From Auanema rhodensis (taxonomy: Eukaryota; Animalia; Nematoda): a DNA stretch of 64,000 bases. Below the pieces are notes generated by a model, which searched no databases, was not told the origin of the DNA, and saw only the letters and a program-made list of their open reading frames with translations. Where the stretch lies: positions 13,144,001-13,208,000 of the forward strand of contig OZ059899.1 of assembly GCA_964057225.1 (NCBI GenBank), given 5' to 3'. Numbering within the stretch: position 1 is the first letter of the stretch; the number at the start of each line of letters is the position of its first letter. Of the stretch, positions 58,591 to 64,000 are shown piece by piece. Made by a program: the position numbers and the translations under genes.

Positions 58591-59674
58591 CTGACGTTAT
58601 CACTTCCCTTCTTCTTCTCCCAAATTCATTATCAACCATTCTCAGAAACAGAAATTTATGTATTATTAAGTCAGTATATGTATGTACATACATGTATATC
58701 TATATCTAAACTTTCGAAAACTGCCTCAAAACGGGTATAACAGCTTACGAGCTTGCCAATGCATAAGATGACTAAACAGATCAAAATGTGACTAAGATGA
58801 GCATGTGACAACTTGGGTCAACGTCGGCTGATGATTATCTCACTAAATATACATATTCACTTAGATAAATCAGATCTCGTTATTGCATATGTACTAGAAT
58901 AAATAATTTAATGATCTCTTCATGATGCTCTGGTGTTATATTTGAACGAAAAAAATACTCAAATTCTGAATACAAAGCAACTCAAAGTCAAATGAGAAAT
59001 TTCATCAAAAATATTCAATGCCATACAGTTTGGAGCTGAGTTCGAATTTACTATTTGCTTAAGCACAAACTACACTCCATCAAGTCACAGATTACAGGAA
59101 TTCAGGATTCTTGTTTCAAATAGACAGCTATGTGTTTCTCTTAGCAAGAACCCACTTTTCTCTGCCACTGTTCTTCAGGCGGACGATTCGTCAATGGTAA
59201 TAATAAGAAGACGAATCAAATCACTATCAAAGAGAAGAAAAAAATCCATTTTTAACTTTTCATTTCATTTCGTGATCTTTTTTATTTTCTTCGTTACTTT
59301 CTGATTTTTATTTATATTAAAATTTAAAAAAATGATTGAAGTATGAATGTTCTTACACGTTTTTCAAAGACATATATTCAAAACTATTTTCTGTAACAAA
59401 TAAAAATCTTATGAGTACCAATAATAGGGTCATTACATACCCAGTCCGTTAAAGATGTTCTTTAATAGTCTTTTTTCCTATCCACCCATTCTCAAAAAAT
59501 CGCGTGAAAACAAAAATGCATTCGTAGTGTACGCAACATCGATAGAGATACATTTGTTCGCATAATATAGCTATTAAGCTTCTGCTATGGCTTCTTGCTG
59601 TTCTTCCTTTCACTCATTTTTGACTTTTGAAAGATATTTTTTTTTGTTTTTTCAATTTTTTATTTAGACTTACG

Positions 59675-59681
59675 TTTTCAG
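59675..59681 (+). promoter_or_regulatory. Probable trans-splice (SL) or 5'UTR acceptor TTTTCAG for the DHHC gene
   Basis: Consensus TTTTCAG after a U-rich tract, 51 nt before the ATG; no obvious upstream coding exon. Confidence 0.35.
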
Positions 59682-59732
59682 ATAAGAATGAGATGATTTT
59701 TTGAGAAACGTTGTAGTTCTAACAGCATACAA

Positions 59733-60997
59733 ATGGATCCTTGCGGCATAGTTTGTGTTTTTCTCATTTATCTAAGCATCGGGTATGCAGACTACGTAGT
59801 AGCAGTATGGCTTGTTACTCCCATCTTTGGTGACACGTACGTGTGTGTTTTTTAAGATCTCTAATTCTTATATGTTTAGATTATGGGCTGCAATACACTT
59901 AACAGTTTTTAATACCTTACTATTCCTCACATTATTTGCACATTTCCGAGTTATGCTAACTGATCCTGGAGTTGTTCCGATCAACAAAACTAAGTTTGAA
60001 TTTCTCTTCATATTTATACTAATTTTACTTAACTCAGGACTCACGTCCGGCGTATGATATCTTCTTCTGAAGAAGAGGACAGCGAAAGTGAAGTTGATGC
60101 GGTATTTTTGCGCGAAAAAATGGCTGCGGTATGTTGATATATTTCCATAACATGTTAGAACATACTTATATTATTTTAGGGAGGAGAAGACTGGACGATG
60201 TGTACTAGATGTCAGTCATTTCGTCCTCCTCGTGCCCATCATTGTCGTGTTTGTAAACGTTGTATAAGAAAAATGGATCACCACTGTGAGTACAAGATCA
60301 TTACGGCCATTCCTTTACGTGAATTTTCTTAACTTTCTTCAGGTCCTTGGGTAAATAACTGTGTTGGAGAGTTTAATCAAAAGTATTTCCTACAATTTCT
60401 TTTCTATGTTGGAGCAACAAGTTTTTATTGCATGTTGTGAGTGATCTTTCCGACTTGCCACATACTTTTATCTTGAATTTATAGATTAATTATTGTTTCT
60501 TGGGTATATGACGATGAATATGCATCAACGGGAATTAAAGGGCCAAATGGTGAAAATGCTCATCATGCCAAAGTGTAAGAATAAGCTGTATATTCAACTT
60601 CATCGATCCATTTTTTTTCAGATTGCATACCATTTTCCTATCTATGGAAAGTGTTCTTTTTGGAATGTTTGTTTTAGCTGTATCTTGTGACCAAGTATGT
60701 TTTCCTTATTATTCTCGAATCACTATTGCAATATAGTTAAATGCTATCTTCTCCGAAGAAACGGCTGTTGAAGCTACGCAGCGACGATGTCGTAAACAAT
60801 ACAAGAGAGCTCGAAGAAGAAGTCGAATCTCTCTACTTAGAGAGGTTTGCGGTGGAGGTACACTCTATTATTTAAAAGCTTTTTGCTAATAAAGACTTGC
60901 AGGATCTGTTTGGTCGTGGTTCCTTCCATGCTTCTCATTCCCAGTTCATCGTGATGTTATTATGTATCCACGAGAAGTAGGACATTTTGATATCTAA
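59733..60997 (+). CDS. DHHC palmitoyl acyltransferase, ZDHHC3/ZDHHC7-like
   Basis: 9 phase-consistent GT-AG exons: [13 protein letters not shown]..., [42 protein letters not shown]|[27 protein letters not shown] (TTxE-like), WFLPC (PaCCT-like); ends HFDI*. The N-terminal DxCG motif is typical of the ZDHHC3/7 group. Start codon slightly uncertain. Confidence 0.95.
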
Positions 60998-61878
60998 TTT
61001 ATCTTTTCAATCCATCAATAGCCAGTCAGTTTGATTTTATACACTCATCTCATTTTATACTTTCAATTTTATTTATTATTTCCTCATACGATTCTTGTCT
61101 TAAAGACAGACTTATCTAGTTATTTAATAATATTCATAATTCTTAACGTATAATAGTCTTTTTTCCGTTTATAACTCATCTTAGATTGAGTTTCCCGGGT
61201 AGATATAAAGCTGTTGTCTTCTCTTTCTGCTCAGAATTTTATAGATGTTGTCAATCATTGTATTTCATTGTGTAAGTTGCGCATGAGATTGTTGTAAAAA
61301 ATGTTTATAATTCGATAATTTGTCCACTAAGTTTAATTAAATAACTTCAGAGATTCTTGTTTATTTTTCAATTTTTTCTTTCTGAGAAGGAAAATACAAA
61401 TATATTTTAAAACTCATGCATTATGCATTAGTCACGTTGCCATTCCCTTCGAATATGTTCCGAATAACTAATTTTACAGGAAGTTTTTCTGGCTCGAACT
61501 TGCATCGGCTTTATGAGAATTCAGAAACAAAACAAAGGTTATTCGATACATTATAAGTAATAATTTCATGATGGAATCATATAATTACACATGAATATGT
61601 TATTTTTTCAAAACTCAATATCGTAATCGTTTCCAATGAATAATTGAATATATTTTTAACCGGTATCTGATAAGAAATGACGTATATCAAGCACGAGCTA
61701 TATCGTCTGATTAATACTTCTTAATCTATTAAATTGTGATATTTTGGGAATAATTTATTCTATTTTCTTTAAAAGCTCGTGTTATTTTGTTCTCAAGATA
61801 CTGTTTGGTAAATAAAATGATGTGTGGAAGAAAGTAGAGGGTAAAAGAAAAGAAAGTTGTTATATATACTTTAGTATA

Positions 61879-61910
<32 letters not shown>

Positions 61911-62468
61911 GTATAGATATTATGTTTCGCATAAATATTTTTGGAAATTTAAAATGAGGTAAAATAGAAGATAAAACGAATTATATTTCAATGAAACGCA
62001 TAACATAACTAATAATAGCTTTTAATCAGGACCATTCACAACCGATCCCTTCTGTGCACGTAAGCAAAATGATATATTGGAGACACTCCACGTCACGCAT
62101 ACGTGTACAAGTGATGCTTCACGTGGAAAAAGCAGCACAAAGTTATAGAATATATGCAAAATACAATTATAATTAGAGAATTTTATTTAATTCTAATAGT
62201 TTTTTTGTCGTAAAATATGAATAATATGCAGTTAATATACACAACAGTGTCAAAAAAATGTAATTATGTATATGTACATTGCAAAAAAAAACGAAAAAAA
62301 AAAAGAAAAAAAGAAAAATACCAGTAATAATTGAAACTCGTTTGGAGAGAAAAACAACAACTACACAATAAAATATAATCAAAGACAAAAAAAATATAAT
62401 TATGACATCGGAGATGTTGGAAGATAGTTATTTTGTATTTGTAAATTAAAAAATAGAATTGGCACCTT

Positions 62469-63973
62469 TCAATTCTCATCAAAATCATCACTTGGTCGGG
62501 ATAAGGCAGGAATCAGAACTAATAAGACAGTAGTTATGCCTGTTGTGGCAATAAGAAATATCCAAAATAGTAGACGATCAATAACCTGGAAATTGAGCAG
62601 AATTCAGTTTCTATCATATTAAAGTTTTTTTTGATGAAGTGACAAACCTGTGCAACTTGACGCCACTCATTGGCCATTTTTTCGCTATCATCTTCTTTCT
62701 GTTGTCGTCGTATTAAGACCTGAAGATGTGTTTTATGAAGTATCATTCAAATAGTTAGAACCTGTAAAGTCTTGATAAGTTTATTCTGAACATCTTCAGC
62801 GCTGCGCCGACGTCGCCTAGTTATGCCATTGCCTTCTACGATGACTTCAGTCTGACTGGGTACTTGTAATGATTCATCTCTACTCTACAAAGTATATTAT
62901 ACAGTAAATTATGCTGAATATGAAATCAATTCAGTTTCGAAACAAACAAACCTTATGGTTCACATGATTTTTGGTTGCAACTTGGTTTCCACCGTTTAGA
63001 AGCAAATCTGGTCCCATTTCGTTGATCACTTCATTCTTCATATCATCCATTGCTACTCGAACAGATTTTCGTCTCATAATACTGCCTCCATTGGGACAAT
63101 ATATGGAGTTGATGTTTGTTGTTTCGTCTAAGAAAAAATAAATTGATTCTCATGAAAATGTTTGAAATTCTCACTTGGAGCTGGTAACTTCATACGCAAA
63201 ATGCTCCTAAGACGATCAAGAATCATTACACGAACCCAATACGGTATAGGCTCATTGAAAGGTCCACGGTGATGGAAGTTAAGAACCTGTAATACATGTT
63301 ATACTTCATATCCATAACTTTGATGATTTCCTAACCAGAACAGTCATTACAACTGACACGGAAGTCATTCCCATTACCACTGTCAGATAAATTCCAATTA
63401 ATGGCATAGAATCTGATGTTTCAGGCATTTTCTCTGCTATAGCTAATACAAACACCTAAACGTTGTTATAATTGGTTTTGCTGTCAAAGTGTTCTGTTTG
63501 AACTCACGGAAAATGCAAGCAACACAGTAATGCCTAAGGCAATTTTTTCTCCAGAATCAGGCGGCAACATGAAAACTGAAATATGAACTTTCTTTTTCAA
63601 TATTTTCTAAGAAAAACAAACCTAGTAAAGTTAAAACAGACATCATTAAGCATGGAAAAACGATATTATACAAGTAAAATAAGGTTTTTCTTCGGATATG
63701 GATAAAAAATGTTATGTCCGGGTATGGCTCTGGACAACACGTGTACTTCACTACGCGACGCTTCTGAGAGACCTTGAAGCAGAGAAAACTAATTAGTTAT
63801 AAACTTCATTGAAAGCATACTCGAACAAGCTCAAATTCCCCAGATGGCACATAATTTGTCAAATCGATATTGTCACTTCGATTTGTGATATCAACTTGAA
63901 ATCCATGATATGTCCATGAGCCAAACTTCAAAAAGCACTTTTGCTCATCAAAGGGAAATAAGGAAACATCAAC
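62469..63973 (-). CDS. Nicotinic acetylcholine receptor alpha subunit (Cys-loop ligand-gated cation channel), 3' portion; 5' part beyond window
   Basis: Cys-loop second half [21 protein letters not shown]; loop [12 protein letters not shown] with vicinal cysteines; M1 [27 protein letters not shown]; DSGEK-M2 [20 protein letters not shown]; M3 [29 protein letters not shown]; [18 protein letters not shown]4; stop at 62469-62471. Confidence 0.96.
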
Positions 63974-64000
63974 TGAAAATACTTTCGAAATTACAATAGA

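Overview
AT-rich eukaryotic genomic DNA, almost certainly from a nematode: TTTCAG-type acceptors, many 40-60 nt introns, and tRNAs close to rhabditid sequences as I recall them. The six-frame ORF track is mostly noise from (AG)n/(CT)n microsatellites, so I assembled gene models by hand from splice sites and phases. Left to right: (1) ~1-31 kb holds the 5' part of a large minus-strand gene with several alternative N-terminal exons spread through microsatellite-rich introns. It is tentatively an SK/KCNL-type Ca2+-activated K+ channel, but the channel core lies off the left edge. (2) A pre-miRNA-like hairpin at 33.55 kb. (3) A Mesh/SUSD2-family gene (NIDO-IPT-AMOP-VWD-Sushi-TM; minus; 39627-46175) with a cluster of ACGTG motifs upstream. 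(4) tRNA-Leu(AAG) with an anticodon-stem mismatch. (5) A 16-exon, ~648-aa four-TM protein I cannot name. It has an EVH1-ligand-like N-terminus and a very large, furin-site-containing basic/mucin-like loop, and the gene hosts an antisense intronic tRNA-Ala(AGC) and a probable GC-AG intron. (6) A ZDHHC3/7-like palmitoyltransferase. (7) The 3' part of a nicotinic acetylcholine receptor alpha subunit (minus, runs off the right edge). No rRNA, CRISPR array, telomere array or recognisable transposon was seen.
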